The position numbers and the translations under genes are program-made. DNA of 63,367 nt, the filler included, from Stramenopiles sp. TOSAG23-3 (lineage: Eukaryota): the NCBI GenBank assembly GCA_900128585.1. It is 12 parts of 12 records of this genome, joined end to end, with 100 filler letters (N's around TTAATTAATTAA, not from the genome) between each part and the next. Parts side by side here need not be neighbours in the genome. Positions count along the whole stretch, not along the records: positions 1 to 6,583 come from LT643287.1; positions 6,684 to 13,256 come from LT643288.1; 10 more parts are not named here. One strand, given 5' to 3'. Shown one piece after another: positions 1-11,919 of this stretch (positions are counted from its first letter, which is position 1; each line of letters opens with the position of its first letter). The notes under the pieces were generated by a model. The model was not told the origin of the DNA. It saw nothing but the letters and a program-made list of their open reading frames with translations, and did not search any database.

Positions 1-3000
1 TGTTCTGTACACATGGACGCTTTCAGCTGGGTTCAACGAGACAGTTACTTGCCCCAAGGATCTCGTGGCATGAAGGCAGTGACAAAATACAAATTGGGGT
101 ACGATCCTGTTGAGGTCGCCCCGGAGGATATGGTGCGTTTTGCAAGCGAACAGCCGCAGCGAATGGCGGCATATTCCGTGTCCGATGCCGTTGCAACGTA
201 CTACCTGTACATGAAGTACGTCCATAATTTCATATTTTCGTTGTGCACCATTATCCCTATGATTCCAGAAGATGTTTTGAGAAAAGGCTCTGGTACACTG
301 TGCGAGATGCTACTGATGGTCGAAGCCTTTGACAAAAACATTATAGCCCCCAACAAGCAAAAGAGTGAACGAACGAAGTTTTACAAGCGCCAATTGCTTG
401 AATCCGAAACGTATGTTGGGGGGCATGTTGAAAGTTTACTAGCCGGGGTCTACCGCGACGATTTACCAGAAAGTTTCGATCTGGACCCGGCTGCATTTGA
501 CGAGTTGATCGCAAACATCGACAGGGACTTGACTTTTGTTTTGGAAGTTGAAGAAGGCAAACAGCGCTCCGACGTTAATAACTACGATGAGGTGAGAAAC
601 AAAATTATTGAAACCCTAGAAGCGATTAGAGATAATCCTCGCAGGAGAGAGCAACCGACAATTTATCATTTGGATGTAGCCGCTATGTACCCAAATATTA
701 TTTTGACCAATCGGTTGCAGCCGACGGCCATCGTGAGCGACTCCATCTGCGCGACGTGCGACTTCAATAGGGATGAAAACAAGTGCAAGCGCAAAATGAA
801 GTGGACCTGGCGCGGAGACTTGTACCCCTCGACAAGGTCGGAGTATAATTCTATAAAAAACCAGGTGGAACACGAAATGTCTGCTGGCATTTCAAAAATT
901 GATTTGTCGGGAATCGACGCGAACGGAAGAAAACTCTCTGAGTTGGAGAAAGAAAAAGATCGCCTTAAGAAGCTTGACGTGGCTGTTCGCAAACGCTTGA
1001 AAGGGTACTGCCAGACAGTTTACAAGAAGGTCAAAAACACCATCGAAGAAGAAAGATACGATACAGTCTGCCAGCGCGAGAACCCGTTTTACGTCGATAC
1101 TGTTCGGGCATTTCGTGATAGACGATACGTGTACAAGAAATTGACAAAGAAATGGTCGAAGGAAATCGGAAAGCAAGAGCGTGCAGGCGACCAAATTGCA
1201 CTGGCGGAAGCCAAAAACAAGGCTGTGCTCTTTGACTCTCTTCAGCTAGCCCACAAATGTATCTTGAATTCGTTTTACGGTTATGTTATGCGGAGGGGGG
1301 CCAGATGGTACTCTATGCCGATGGCAGGCATCGTCACCAAAACTGGGGCGGACTTGATCAAACAAGCCCGCGAGCTAGTGGAGCGGATAGGACGCCCACT
1401 GGAATTAGACACCGATGGTATTTGGTGTATTTTGCCATCGTCCTTCCCAGAAAACTACAAGTTTGAATTTCGCGACGGGTCTTCGCTGAACATCTCGTAC
1501 CCGTGTGTGATGCTGAATGCGGATGTGCACCAAAATTACACTAACGATCAGTACCAAACGCTCGTGGATCCCGCACTGAAGAAATACGAAAAGCGGGACG
1601 AATGCTCTATCTTTTTCGAAGTCGATGGCCCTTATCGCTGCATGGTTCTTCCGGCATCGCAGGAGAAGGGGAAGCTGCTGAAGAAACGGTACGCAGTGTT
1701 CAACAATGACGGTTCTTTGGCAGAATTGAAAGGGTTCGAAATTAAACGTCGGGGAGAATTGCAACTAATTAAGCTTTTTCAAGGGCAAGTTTTCGAACAG
1801 TTTTTGCAAGGAGAAACCATTCAAGAATGTTACGAGGCGGTAGCGAAAGTGGGTACCCAGTGGTTAAATATTCTCTGGACGCACGCAGAAGACTTGGAAG
1901 ACGACGAACTTATTGATTTGATTTCCGAGAACAAAAATATGAGCAAGGGTATTGAGGAATACGGCGATCGTAAAAGTACCGCCATTACCGTAGCAAGAAG
2001 ACTTGCACAATTTTTAGGCAAGGAAATGATCCAAGGAACCGGTGTCAATTGTCGAATGATTATTTCTCGCTTTCCAGTGGGAGCTCCAACCTCAGAACGT
2101 GCAATCCCGACAGCTATTTTCAATGCTGAACCAGATATCAGGAAAAAATATCTGCGAAAATGGTCAAAGAAGAACGATGTAAAATTAAGCGTCCGTGACG
2201 TTGTCGATTGGCAGTATTATTTGACCCGTCTGTCGAACAATATTCAAAAAATCATAACGATCCCAGCCGGGTTGCAGAATATAGCAAACCCAATACCGAA
2301 AATACCGCACCCGGACTGGCTTTTGAAAATGGACAAAGACCGTGATGACCCGTTTAAGCAGCGAAAAATTAGTGCGATGTTTGCTGGAGTTCCAGTCAAG
2401 GATGTTTTTGACATGGAAGATTTTGGAAAAGAGGCAGGTAGTGCGGGGGGCGGCAAGAAGCTAACGGCCACAGTCAAAAGGTTCGGAAAAAATGATTCCG
2501 AGGAGCCTATGAATACGGAAGAAAAACCATTCGATGCATGGCTTTCTCAACGCAAAGCCGTCTGGAAAGCCAAAAGACAAGAAAGAAAGCGATTGCGAAG
2601 TGGCCGGCCAGAATTACGAAAGGAAACTACCGGCAGTAACACTAAACACACCGAATCCAGCCTCAAAGGTGGCGTTGCTGCGTACTTCCGTGGCCAAACG
2701 CGGGCTGTGATGGAGCACCATTGGCAAATAATTGAAATCCGGGAGACCCCATCCCCCGGTATATTTCACGTTTTTGCTTTGACTGCCCCTGGGACTATGC
2801 AGCGCGTAGTTTTGAAAGTGCCCAGGGTTATTTACATTAACAGCCGTGTTGAGAAAGACGCAACGGAAATTGACAGTCGGCTGGTTAAAAGGTATCTTCC
2901 ACATGGTAAAAAAGGTATGTTTGTTTACGAAATTACCATGTCTGAGTCAGCGTACCAGCGAAATTCGAAAGAATTATCAAACTTTTTGACACACCCAGAC

Positions 3001-5763
3001 TTTGACGGGGTGTACGAGAAAGAAACCCCCTTGATGTTGCGATCTTTGTGCCAACTCGGCTGTGTCGCGCGTGTATCCAGTTCAGCATCTATTGCACGAC
3101 GACGTGCCAAAGCAGGCAGCGACGAGCGCGAACGACCATATGAGCTCCACGAAATGGAATTTTTGACCACTGCATCACATGAATACCTTCATCCAGACAG
3201 CAAAGACTTCAACTTGCGACGGATCTATGTTTACCACAGTCAAACGAAGACTAAAGGTATTGTCGGCGTATTTGTCGTTGGGGAAAGAGTCGGGGAAGAG
3301 GGAAGCAACAATTACCTTGCCGAGTGCTCCGTTTGGATTGTTGATGTCGAAGGGGGGCAAGGGGATCCATACAACACCGCGAGTATGATTCGGCCTTGGA
3401 AAAGGTACTCCTCTTCAAATGATAAGTGCGCCTTCCAAAAGAATCCCGCTGCGTCTCCAGACCATGCCTTGAAGTTGGCGAATGAATTTATTGAAAAACA
3501 CCGCGCGTCCGTTCCTGGGCCCGCTGTCATTATAACTGAAAGTCCTTTCGATTTAAACCATATCACATCTAACATGCCGGTGCTGGCAGATAACCCTGTG
3601 GTCTTGATTCGTGGCAATGAAAAAGACAACACGTACCCTGCAATCCAGTGGGAGCAGTACGCTCTGAATTTTATGGTGCAGCGCTACTTGATGAGCCATG
3701 CCTACTACAACGACAGGCTGTCCTGTGCACAATACTCGCACATCCCAATTGGCAACATGTCAGACGACTGCGCTTGCGACATGGCGGACGTATTCATGGG
3801 ACGCATGCTTCGTGCAAATAAACATTTGTTCTGGTCTTCCAAGAGCTCTTTGCCAGATGTTGGCACCGAAGAAGGGAATTTGATTGCAATTCAGGATATA
3901 CTTGACGTCGAAAGCAAATGCATAGTATCCGACCCGGGATCGTACCGGACGATATGCGTCGAAGTTGATTTATTCAACTTGGCCGTAAACACAGTTATCG
4001 AAGCTCCCACTCTGGCGGATATGGAAGGTGGCGAAGCGCTTGGTGACGTTGAACTTGGCTTCGACAACAGTGAAGGAGGCGACGATTCGGCGGGCGACTC
4101 TCGTTCAACCGCAGTCACATTTCGCATTCTAAGAAATTTAGTTAACACTTGGTTTCGGGAAGTGAAGATGTACGACAACGCTTTTGCAGACCTTCTCCTC
4201 ATGCATTTTTATCGGTGGCTATGCAGCTCCAAAAATTTGATGTTTGATCCAGCCCTGCATCGCACTGTCCAAAAGATGATGAACAAGGTCTTCATGAATT
4301 TGGTCGCAGAATTCAGGAACCTGGGCTCCAAAATTATTTATGCCTCCTTCAATAAGCTCATCATCGCGACCAATAAAACCACCCTAGATGCAGCGAAAGA
4401 GTACGTCAACTTTATCATCGACACTGTGCAAGCAAGACAACTTTTTTCGCGCGTTCATTTGCAACCAAAAAAGTACTGGTCTTCGTTCTTGTACAACGAT
4501 AACCACAATTATGGGGGCATCCTTTTGCACGAAGAAGGGGCCGAAGAGGTTGCAAAAGCACAGGATACCGCGTCGTCTGAAGCAAGTATTCCCGGAGAGG
4601 AAATACAGACCGAAGTGAACGCGAACGGGGATTTAGCAGGATTTATTGTTGATGACGACGAAGTCGAAATGGATGAAAGTTACGATGAAAATAGGGATCC
4701 AGACCATGCAGAAATAGATGGAAGTGCAAGTCAAAGTCGAAGGAAACGAAAAAAGAAAGAAAGTAATGGCCCTCGTGATCGTCTCGAGGAGCTTGAAGAA
4801 TCACTCAATCAAACATTGGCACAACGAATGGAAGCTGAGGAGGGCAACGTGGTTCCACAAAAAGCACATGCGCCTGATATGAGCGGTTTGGAAAATTTGA
4901 GCATACTGTCTCACTGGAACTTAGTGGACTATCTGCCGGAAAAGGTCCAAGAGCCATTTGAAGTTGTCATCGGAGAGTTCATTTTGAAGCCTTGGAAATG
5001 GCGCGTGGCGGAAGAGGAGAGGCGAAGAAAGCTAGCCGAGCAGGGGGAAGATACTGGCTCTGTCGTTTTGACGCAAGAGGAATGCGATGATTACGTAAAG
5101 ACGTTGGTGCGGGACTACTTGACAAAGCGACTATACAAAATTGTGCCCCACATTCACAGGCATCTTTCAACCGAAGAGTTTCCCCTCCTTCCTGGTTCTC
5201 ATTTACAAATGACCAACCCAGCGCTGGAGTTCGTCAAAGCTATCACTCAGATACTGTCGCTAGAAACTTGTATCCGTTCTGAAGTGCAGCTATTGAAGCG
5301 AAACCTGTTGAAAATTATAGGTGTAAGGGAATTTGATGCATCGGCAATTTTTCACGATCCATGCCGATCGTACGTTCTCAAAGACATTATATGCTCGTAC
5401 TGCAATTACAGCCAAGATCTGGATTTGGCACGAGACCCCTCCCTAGTTACCGAAGACGAAGAGAACGCATGGCGCTGCCCGTCGTGCGATAACAAGTACG
5501 ACAAACATGCAATCGAATACGCACTGGTCGAATTGGTTCACCAACGGGCGGTGGCCTACCAAACTCAAGATTTACGTTGCCCCAAATCGAAAAAAGTGCA
5601 ACTAGTTACGACATCCAACTATTGCGAAGAGACATCCAAGCCTTGGCAGTGCGACTACCCTGAAAATTCGTTACGTGAACACTTTTCCACGTTTCACAGG
5701 ATCTCTGTCTACCATTCGATGGAGTATTTGCAGGAAACCGTAGAGCGTTTATTGCAAGTGTAA
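1..5763 (+). CDS. POLE: DNA polymerase epsilon catalytic subunit, 5'-truncated, no introns in the visible part
   Basis: Frame is open from base 1 (CSVHMDAFSWVQRDSYLPQGS). Exo III YSVSDAVATY, polB motifs LDVAAMYPNI, KCILNSFYGY and ELDTDG, CysX (CATCDFN...C...CQRENPFYV) and C-terminal CysA (CSYC...CPSC) are present. TAA stop. Confidence 0.98.
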   Translation, partial: CSVHMDAFSWVQRDSYLPQGSRGMKAVTKYKLGYDPVEVAPEDMVRFASEQPQRMAAYSVSDAVATYYLYMKYVHNFIFSLCTIIPMIPEDVLRKGSGTLCEMLLMVEAFDKNIIAPNKQKSERTKFYKRQLLESETYVGGHVESLLAGVYRDDLPESFDLDPAAFDELIANIDRDLTFVLEVEEGKQRSDVNNYDEVRNKIIETLEAIRDNPRRREQPTIYHLDVAAMYPNIILTNRLQPTAIVSDSICATCDFNRDENKCKRKMKWTWRGDLYPSTRSEYNSIKNQVEHEMSAGISKIDLSGIDANGRKLSELEKEKDRLKKLDVAVRKRLKGYCQTVYKKVKNTIEEERYDTVCQRENPFYVDTVRAFRDRRYVYKKLTKKWSKEIGKQERAGDQIALAEAKNKAVLFDSLQLAHKCILNSFYGYVMRRGARWYSMPMAGIVTKTGADLIKQARELVERIGRPLELDTDGIWCILPSSFPENYKFEFRDGSSLNISYPCVMLNADVHQNYTNDQYQTLVDPALKKYEKRDECSIFFEVDGPYRCMVLPASQEKGKLLKKRYAVFNNDGSLAELKGFEIKRRGELQLIKLFQGQVFEQFLQGETIQECYEAVAKVGTQWLNILWTHAEDLEDDELIDLISENKNMSKGIEEYGDRKSTAITVARRLAQFLGKEMIQGTGVNCRMIISRFPVGAPTSERAIPTAIFNAEPDIRKKYLRKWSKKNDVKLSVRDVVDWQYYLTRLSNNIQKIITIPAGLQNIANPIPKIPHPDWLLKMDKDRDDPFKQRKISAMFAGVPVKDVFDMEDFGKEAGSAGGGKKLTATVKRFGKNDSEEPMNTEEKPFDAWLSQRKAVWKAKRQERKRLRSGRPELRKETTGSNTKHTESSLKGGVAAYFRGQTRAVMEHHWQIIEIRETPSPGIFHVFALTAPGTMQRVVLKVPRVIYINSRVEKDATEIDSRLVKRYLPHGKKGMFVYEITMSESAYQRNSKELSNFLTHPDFDGVYEKETPLMLRSLCQLGCVARVSSSASIARRRAKAGSDERERPYELHEMEFLTTASHEYLHPDSKDFNLRRIYVYHSQTKTKGIVGVFVVGERVGEEGSNNYLAECSVWIVDVEGGQGDPYNTASMIRPWKRYSSSNDKCAFQKNPAASPDHALKLANEFIEKHRASVPGPAVIITESPFDLNHITSNMPVLADNPVVLIRGNEKDNTYPAIQWEQYALNFMVQRYLMSHAYYNDRLSCAQYSHIPIGNMSDDCACDMADVFMGRMLRANKHLFWSSKSSLPDVGTEEGNLIAIQDILDVESKCIVSDPGSYRTICVEVDLFNLAVNTVIEAPTLADMEGGEALGDVELGFDNSEGGDDSAGDSRSTAVTFRILRNLVNTWFREVKMYDNAFADLLLMHFYRWLCSSKNLMFDPALHRTVQKMMNKVFMNLVAEFRNLGSKIIYASFNKLIIATNKTTLDAAKEYVNFIIDTVQARQLFSRVHLQPKKYWSSFLYNDNHNYGGILLHEEGAEEVAKAQDTASSEASIPGEEIQTEVNANGDLAGFIVDDDEVEMDESYDENRDPDHAEIDGSASQSRRKRKKKESNGPRDRLEELEESLNQTLAQRMEAEEGNVVPQKAHAPDMSGLENLSILSHWNLVDYLPEKVQEPFEVVIGEFILKPWKWRVAEEERRRKLAEQGEDTGSVVLTQEECDDYVKTLVRDYLTKRLYKIVPHIHRHLSTEEFPLLPGSHLQMTNPALEFVKAITQILSLETCIRSEVQLLKRNLLKIIGVREFDASAIFHDPCRSYVLKDIICSYCNYSQDLDLARDPSLVTEDEENAWRCPSCDNKYDKHAIEYALVELVHQRAVAYQTQDLRCPKSKKVQLVTTSNYCEETSKPWQCDYPENSLREHFSTFHRISVYHSMEYLQETVERLLQV

Positions 5764-6125
5764 AATAAATTAATACGAAATAATTAATTTTCCCAAAAAA
5801 CAATATTAAAAATTTAATATGCTTAGACTATAACATGTAAAAAAAACAAAAAAAAATTTCAAGAATTTGTGAAGCTCCAGTACAGGGTGGTAGATCCAGA
5901 CAATCTAAAAACAAATACAGTCGCTGCCTTCTTACTAACAGCCCGAATTCGGGGAAATTGGAGTCACAGTCTAGTTCCCAATCAAGCGAACACGTAAATT
6001 ATGGAACACAACCAGACGCGGGGGTACAAGGTTTCGAGGATTACGATTGGGACCAAGATCGAAAGGTAAAATATCGTAGGAACGACAAAGGAGGTTTTGA
6101 CCGACTTTGAATTTTGTGATTTTTA

Positions 6126-6173
6126 TTAGTTGCAGAAATAAATCAGTTAGTTAGTTGCAGAAATAAATCAGTT
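6126..6173. repeat. 25-bp tandem duplication TTAGTTGCAGAAATAAATCAGTTAG (about 1.9 copies)
   Basis: Read directly: 6126-6150 is repeated at 6151-6173. Confidence 0.9.
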
Positions 6174-6378
6174 CTACAATTGGGACTTGAGAGTCTTAAA
6201 ACATACTATATAATTAGTTTTTTTTATTAATAATAGTCAAGAAGAGGGTATACCTGCGGCTGACAAATTCCAAATGCGTCTTCTGCTTCAAAAACTGTTC
6301 TTTGACCAGGAATGACACTTTCATCGTTTGAGATTGCGGTTACGTGATGTTTGAACGTTCAAATAAATGAAATGCACT

Positions 6379-6583
6379 TCAAATCACTGTTTTTTTCTCC
6401 AAAGAAGTTTGAGCTGCGTTTTGGTATTCCTGAGAGGAAGCCCCGTACTGTTTTCTGATAGAACGCAAGTCATCCAAACCGCCGTTTGCTCCCTTTTGTG
6501 GAGTAGGGACAACACTCGCGTTACGCAAACTACCTCCTTTGGCCGCTTCTTGCGCCAATTTTGCATTAATATCAATGCTTACC
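6379..6583 (-). CDS. Possible 3' end of an unknown gene cut by the contig end
   Basis: Minus frame open from 6582 to TGA at 6379: VSIDINAKLAQEAAKGGSLRNASVVPTPQKGANGGLDDLRSIRKQYGASSQEYQNAAQTSLEKKTVI. Protein-like composition, no recognisable domain. Confidence 0.35.
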
Positions 6584-6683
6584 NNNNNNNNNNNNNNNNN
6601 NNNNNNNNNNNNNNNNNNNNNNNNNNNTTAATTAATTAANNNNNNNNNNNNNNNNNNNNNNNNNNNNNNNNNNNNNNNNNNNN
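6584..6683. other. Artificial contig linker (N44-TTAATTAATTAA-N44, stops in all six frames)
   Basis: The identical 100-nt linker occurs 11 times in the window. Confidence 0.99.
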
Positions 6684-9336
6684 GTTGAGCTAGAAGATAA
6701 TTTACTTAAAATGCTTGCTGATTCCACTGGAAATATCCTCGACAACGAAGAACTAATTGGTGCCCTAGCAGAGACAAAAGAACAAGCAACAGAAATAAGT
6801 ATCAAACTGGAAGAATCGACAAAAACTAAAGAGGAGTTGAATGCAACTCGACTGACATACATGTCAACGGCGATGCGGGGGTCAATATTGTACTTCAGCG
6901 TCGCAAGATTGATCGCAATAATGAATATGTACGAGACGTCCTTGAATTCTTTTCTGGTTGTATTTCTGCGATCTCTGAGAGTTGCAAAAAGAGACCAAAT
7001 ACTCGAAAAGCGGCTGGGCTATATGACAGAAGAAGTCACAGCACAAGTTTACAACTACACTTGCACGGGACTCTTTGAAATCCATAAATTAATGTATTCT
7101 TTTCAAATGTGTTCTATGATAATGGACGATAGGGGTAGTTTGGTAAAAACTGAACTTGATTTTTTTTTAAAGGGAGACCAGAGTTTAGAACAAGCAGCCA
7201 CTCCAAATCCATGCCCATGGTTATCTGCTCAAGGCTGGAAGGATTTAATAAAACTTGCGACTGTTGCAGATGTTTTTGAGGGCATTGACGATCTGCTGGT
7301 CGCAGAAATGGACGAATTTAAGATTTGGTATGACAAGGAAATGCCAGAAAGCGAGTCATTTCCTTGCGGTTTTTCGAAAAGATTGAGTGCTTTCCAGAAG
7401 TTGCTACTTATTCGTTGTTTCCGGCCAGATCGGTCGTATAATGCTATTTCTTTATTTATTAGCAATGAAATCGGCCAACAGTTTGTTCAACCCCCTGTGT
7501 TAGACTACAAGAACATATACGCCCAAAGCAGCGCAACCATTCCGATGGTGTTTATACTTAGCCCTGGGGCAGATCCTGCTAACGATATACAAAAACTATC
7601 TGTTGATATGGAAATGGACGGCAACAAATTTAAGGCCGTATCGCTTGGCCAAGGACAAGGCCCTGTAGCGAAGCAGTACCTTGAAACTGGCTGCGCACGT
7701 GGACATTGGGTTCTTCTACAAAATTGCCACTTGCTACTTTCTTGGATGCCATTTCTAGAAGCCTTTTTTGGAACATCTGTCAGGGCCGCATAAAGCATTT
7801 CGTTTATGGCTAACGACAGATCCCACCGATCGCTTTCCTATGGGCATATTACAACGCGCGCTAAAGGTTGTTATCGAACCTCCTGATGGTCTTAAGCAGA
7901 ACATGAGACAAACTTTTAGTAAAATTACTGAAGATGTCTTAGAGGAATGCGAACATGTGGCTTATCGACCGTTAACCTTTGTCCTTGCATATTTGCATGC
8001 AGTGCTACAAGAGCGAAGAAAATATGGTAAAATTGGATGGAATGTGAATTATGATTTTAATGAATCCGATTTTACCATTAGCCGGCGCATTTTTGGTTTA
8101 TATCTACAAAAAGCGTTGTTAAATGGAGACGATCAAATACCATGGGGATCGCTTATGTATCTGGTTGGGGATGCAATGTATGGAGGTCGTGTTAGTGATG
8201 ATTGGGATCGACGAGTTTTGGTTACTTATGCGGAAGAATATATGGGAGATTTTATTTTTGACAACCATAACCGCTTTTACTTCAGTCGGGTTGGTTACGA
8301 TTATAAAATTCCTGTTCAGTCGAGCGCGGAAGCGTTTCGAGCTGAAATTGAAGATCAGCCATTGATTAGCGGTCCTGCTGTTTTTGGCCTTCATCCAAAT
8401 GCCGAGATAGAATATTTCCTAAACGCCTCAAGAACGCTATGGTCAAATATTTTGGCAATGCTTCCTCGTACTGGAGGAAGCGGGGGAGGGATGAGCCGTG
8501 ATGAATATATAACTTCCGTAGCGAATGATATACTAACGAAGATCCCAGATGTAAAAGATATGATGAATATTCGAAAAACGTTACCGCTCGTTTTAGAACC
8601 AACCCAGATTGTGCTAATGCAAGAATTAGAACGGTGGAATAAGCTCGTGGCCAAAATGGGGAAATCGCTGGTCGACTTACAGCGTGCGATGATTGGTGAG
8701 ATAGGAATGTCGGACTCGTTAGATGAACTCGGGGCGTCGCTGTTTAACGGACAAGTGCCATCAATGTTCAAAACTTTGGCGCCTATGACGGAAAAACCAC
8801 TAGGAAGCTGGATTCTGCATTTTGTCGGTCGAGCAGATCAATTTGACGAGTGGTGTGACCCGGATCGTGGTGAACCGCCGGTCCTTTGGCTCGCAGGATT
8901 GCATATACCTGCATCGTATCTGACGGCACTTGTGCAGCAGGCGTGTCGTATCCGTGGGTGGCCGCTAGATAAATCAACTTTGTTTACTGCAGTTACGAGA
9001 TTTACCCGACGCGAAGAGATAACTGAAAAGCTGGAAATGGGTTGCTTTATCAGTGGTTTGAAACTTGAGGGGGCCACATGGGACGAATCAGAAATGTGTC
9101 TAGCTATACAGAAACCAAAAGTGCTTGTTACTGATTTACCATTTTTACAAATATTGCCTATTGAACTTTCCAAATTAAAGGAAAATGGTCAATTTGAAAC
9201 CCCGGTTTATGTCACTCCAATGCGTGCAAATGCCATGCAAGTAGGGGGTGTTTTCACTGCCTACTTATCTTCTGAGATGCACGCAAGTTTGTGGACTCTA
9301 CAAGGGGTTTGCCTCACATTGAATACGAACTCATAA
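6684..9336 (+). CDS. DNAH10: Axonemal dynein heavy chain 10-like (inner arm I1/f alpha), C-terminal AAA5-AAA6-C region; 5'-truncated; apparent frameshift at 7764-7769
   Basis: Open from 6684 ([21 protein letters not shown]). Motifs [52 protein letters not shown] and MYGGRV. The C-terminus [11 protein letters not shown] matches the DNAH10-type end as I recall it. ORFs 6711-7793 and 7768-9336 join if one T is removed from the T6 run. Confidence 0.9.
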
Positions 9337-10278
9337 GGATATCGTGAAGTTCACACCAGTTCTGAATTAGTTATGAGCGAGATATCGGATGAAGAAGTCG
9401 ACTTTGGGTCATTTGAGAATTTGCTGAAAATACAAAAATCAATCCTGATCATGCATGGAGTACACAAGAGGATGGTGTAGACTAAACGATAAGAGTAAAT
9501 CGATCAAGAAAAGCACAGAAGTAAAACTTTAGTAGACAAAAACAAATTACATTTGCAAAGAAGGATGAATTGGCTAACTATATATATCGAAATAACAGCC
9601 ATTATTTTGGTTTTAGATTTATTTCTTCTTTCCTAAATTTTAAAATATATACTATTAAGTATGAGGTGGAGCCCCTTATTTCTCTGACATAAACACACCA
9701 TTGAGCTCTTATTACATAAATTGTACTTAAATGTATATACTAAAGTAATATATACCTATGAATGAGGAAATTAATCGGACCCCTACGAGTTTTTTAGTTT
9801 CATAGTAACAGCTTTAGTACATGAGTCAAATAAGAGTTTTGCTTTTACAACACACAGCAGATGTAACATTAATAATATTACACACCATTAGAGAAATAAG
9901 AGGCTCTTATTTCATTCAAATTAGCCTAAGAGGTCCCCTGCTAAAATCATCGATTCTCCCATAATATTTTTGGGAGGCCCGCTCGTCCGCTCGTGTGGGT
10001 GTGGTGGGTACAGAGCCGGATTTTTCATTTTTTTTGAAGAATAAGCTGGAATTATTTGAAATAATCCTACAGTAGTAGTCGTCTAATGCAAAAGCAGAAA
10101 CATTTTTCTTTGGCACTCATTTATACTTGTAGCAATAACCCCCGATCTGGTGGTATACTAAGTGTACTATCTGTATTTACAGCATGTAATTCGTGCTGTG
10201 TGTTGTAATATAAAATTCTTAGCTCGGGCTCATCACTACAATAGATGATATTAAAAATTACAATTATAATTTTAGCTG

Positions 10279-11407
10279 CTAACTAATAATGCGCCTAAAA
10301 TAAGAAAGGGCAATTACTAGCCGGGCATTGCCACTCGGGATTTGTTTAGCAGAGCGGGGATTTAATTTCAATTGCAGTTCTTGAATGTCAGCACCATTTT
10401 TACCAGACAATATTTGTGATATAGGGAGTAATGCTTCCCCAAAGGATGCACCAAAATCTGTTTTCTTATGGCAACAGTCTACATCAAATAAATCAAAAGA
10501 TATAAAAGCTTTGGGGTTTGCTCTGTTTACCTGGGTCAGTAGCTCACTTTTCACTTGAAAAGACTGGCTGGAACTGGGGGAGAATGTGGCAGGATCATGC
10601 CCCGGATGGGTACTTCCCTGATGAGCGCAAACAATTGTTTGGAATACTACGCATTTATTTACAGAAGCAGAGCAGCAAAATGAAGTTGCGTGGCGAACTT
10701 CTCTAAGAGAATTCATATAAGTTTGGCACTCGAGAATCACCTCCAATATCGATACTGAAAAAGACCCTTCTGTATAACGCCCCCCTGCGAGAGATTCGGC
10801 ACCAGAACGATTTTGAATAACAATTTGTTCGCCAGCCGATGTGGCTCTAGAACTGGAGCGATCGAAAGATTCTTTTGGGCAAGATCTCACTACTTTCGCA
10901 TTTTTGAAAAGTCCCATTCTATCTTCTCTTGCTTTCACCGTTGAAAGCACGTCTCTTTTTAAATATCGAAGCAACGACAGACTCATCGTGCAGTCATATT
11001 TAGATAAAACCGGTACATCCTTCACTGCCTTTTCGAGCGCAGTTAATCGACCATTGAGTAATTTAAGTGTTGATATTTCTGAGCATTCTAAGCTATTGAA
11101 TAGATTTAGTGCTTCTCTCGCAACAGGATAATAGTTCATCTGAGTGTTGGAGTTGTACTGCTCAGCTCCATTTGTAAGATTAATGCGGTCAATATTTACA
11201 AACGAATAATATACTTACTCTGCGAAAAGAAACTAGGCAGCTATGTGAAGATATAATGAAAGTCTGCAACTGAGGAGGAGTCGTCCCTAGCTCATAAATT
11301 ATCCCTTGAGACTGATGGAGACACTGAGGAACTTTTGTTTTCATTAGTTCTTCCTCTTCAGGCTGACTGACCCAAAAAACGGTATCTGCTGCTGAACGCG
11401 ATCTCAT
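10279..11407 (-). CDS. Hypothetical two-exon gene (11407-11219 + 11139-10279) with a C2-like C-terminal domain
   Basis: A GTAAGT donor at 11218 and a CAG acceptor at 11140 join the two ORFs in frame (phase 0). The C-terminal pattern ISFDLFDVD...FGEALLPISQI...LKL...ARLVIALSY resembles C2 beta-sandwich strands. Confidence 0.6.
11140..11218 (-). other. Predicted 79-nt GT-AG spliceosomal intron (alternative in-frame acceptor 18 nt upstream)
   Basis: AGA|GTAAGTAT...CACTCAG|ATG; removing it also removes the in-frame TGA. Confidence 0.6.
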
Positions 11408-11919
11408 TTTTTAGAAAATACCATTTTTCATAACAAACCTTAAATTAATACTTTTCTGCATGAGTTCACGACACCCATCATACATATTTTCTGACTTTGT
11501 GTTGTTTTAAGGAATTCTAGTTCCAACTTGGGATATTTACTTCCTTTTACTACAATACTTATCTTATTGAACTCACTACAACACCCTCTCATAATGATAT
11601 TATCTCTGCTCTGTAGTGTATAATGATTTTACAATGATACTCCCCACTAATAACAATACCCTGATTTTAACTCTATAAAAACATGTATGACAGATGTTAT
11701 TAGATGTATTATAATGCTATTTACACACTAAAAAGTGTTTCCGATTACATTCCAAAAAATAATTGTGAACGACGTTGGTATTCCCCTGTAAATACTGTAT
11801 GATAGGTGTTATTACCTGTAAAATAAAACTATTATCATGATGTTATTGGTCCCCTGTACTTAGTGATAATGGGTTTATAGCAATAAATATACTGTATTCC
11901 CTAATGTACTACAAAAGTG

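Noticed and set aside
9337..9480. In-frame open stretch of about 47 codons after the DNAH10 TAA (possible readthrough or stop-codon reassignment)
   Set aside because: DNAH10 homology ends at this TAA, TAA is the normal stop of most genes here, and no gene needs an internal stop recoded.
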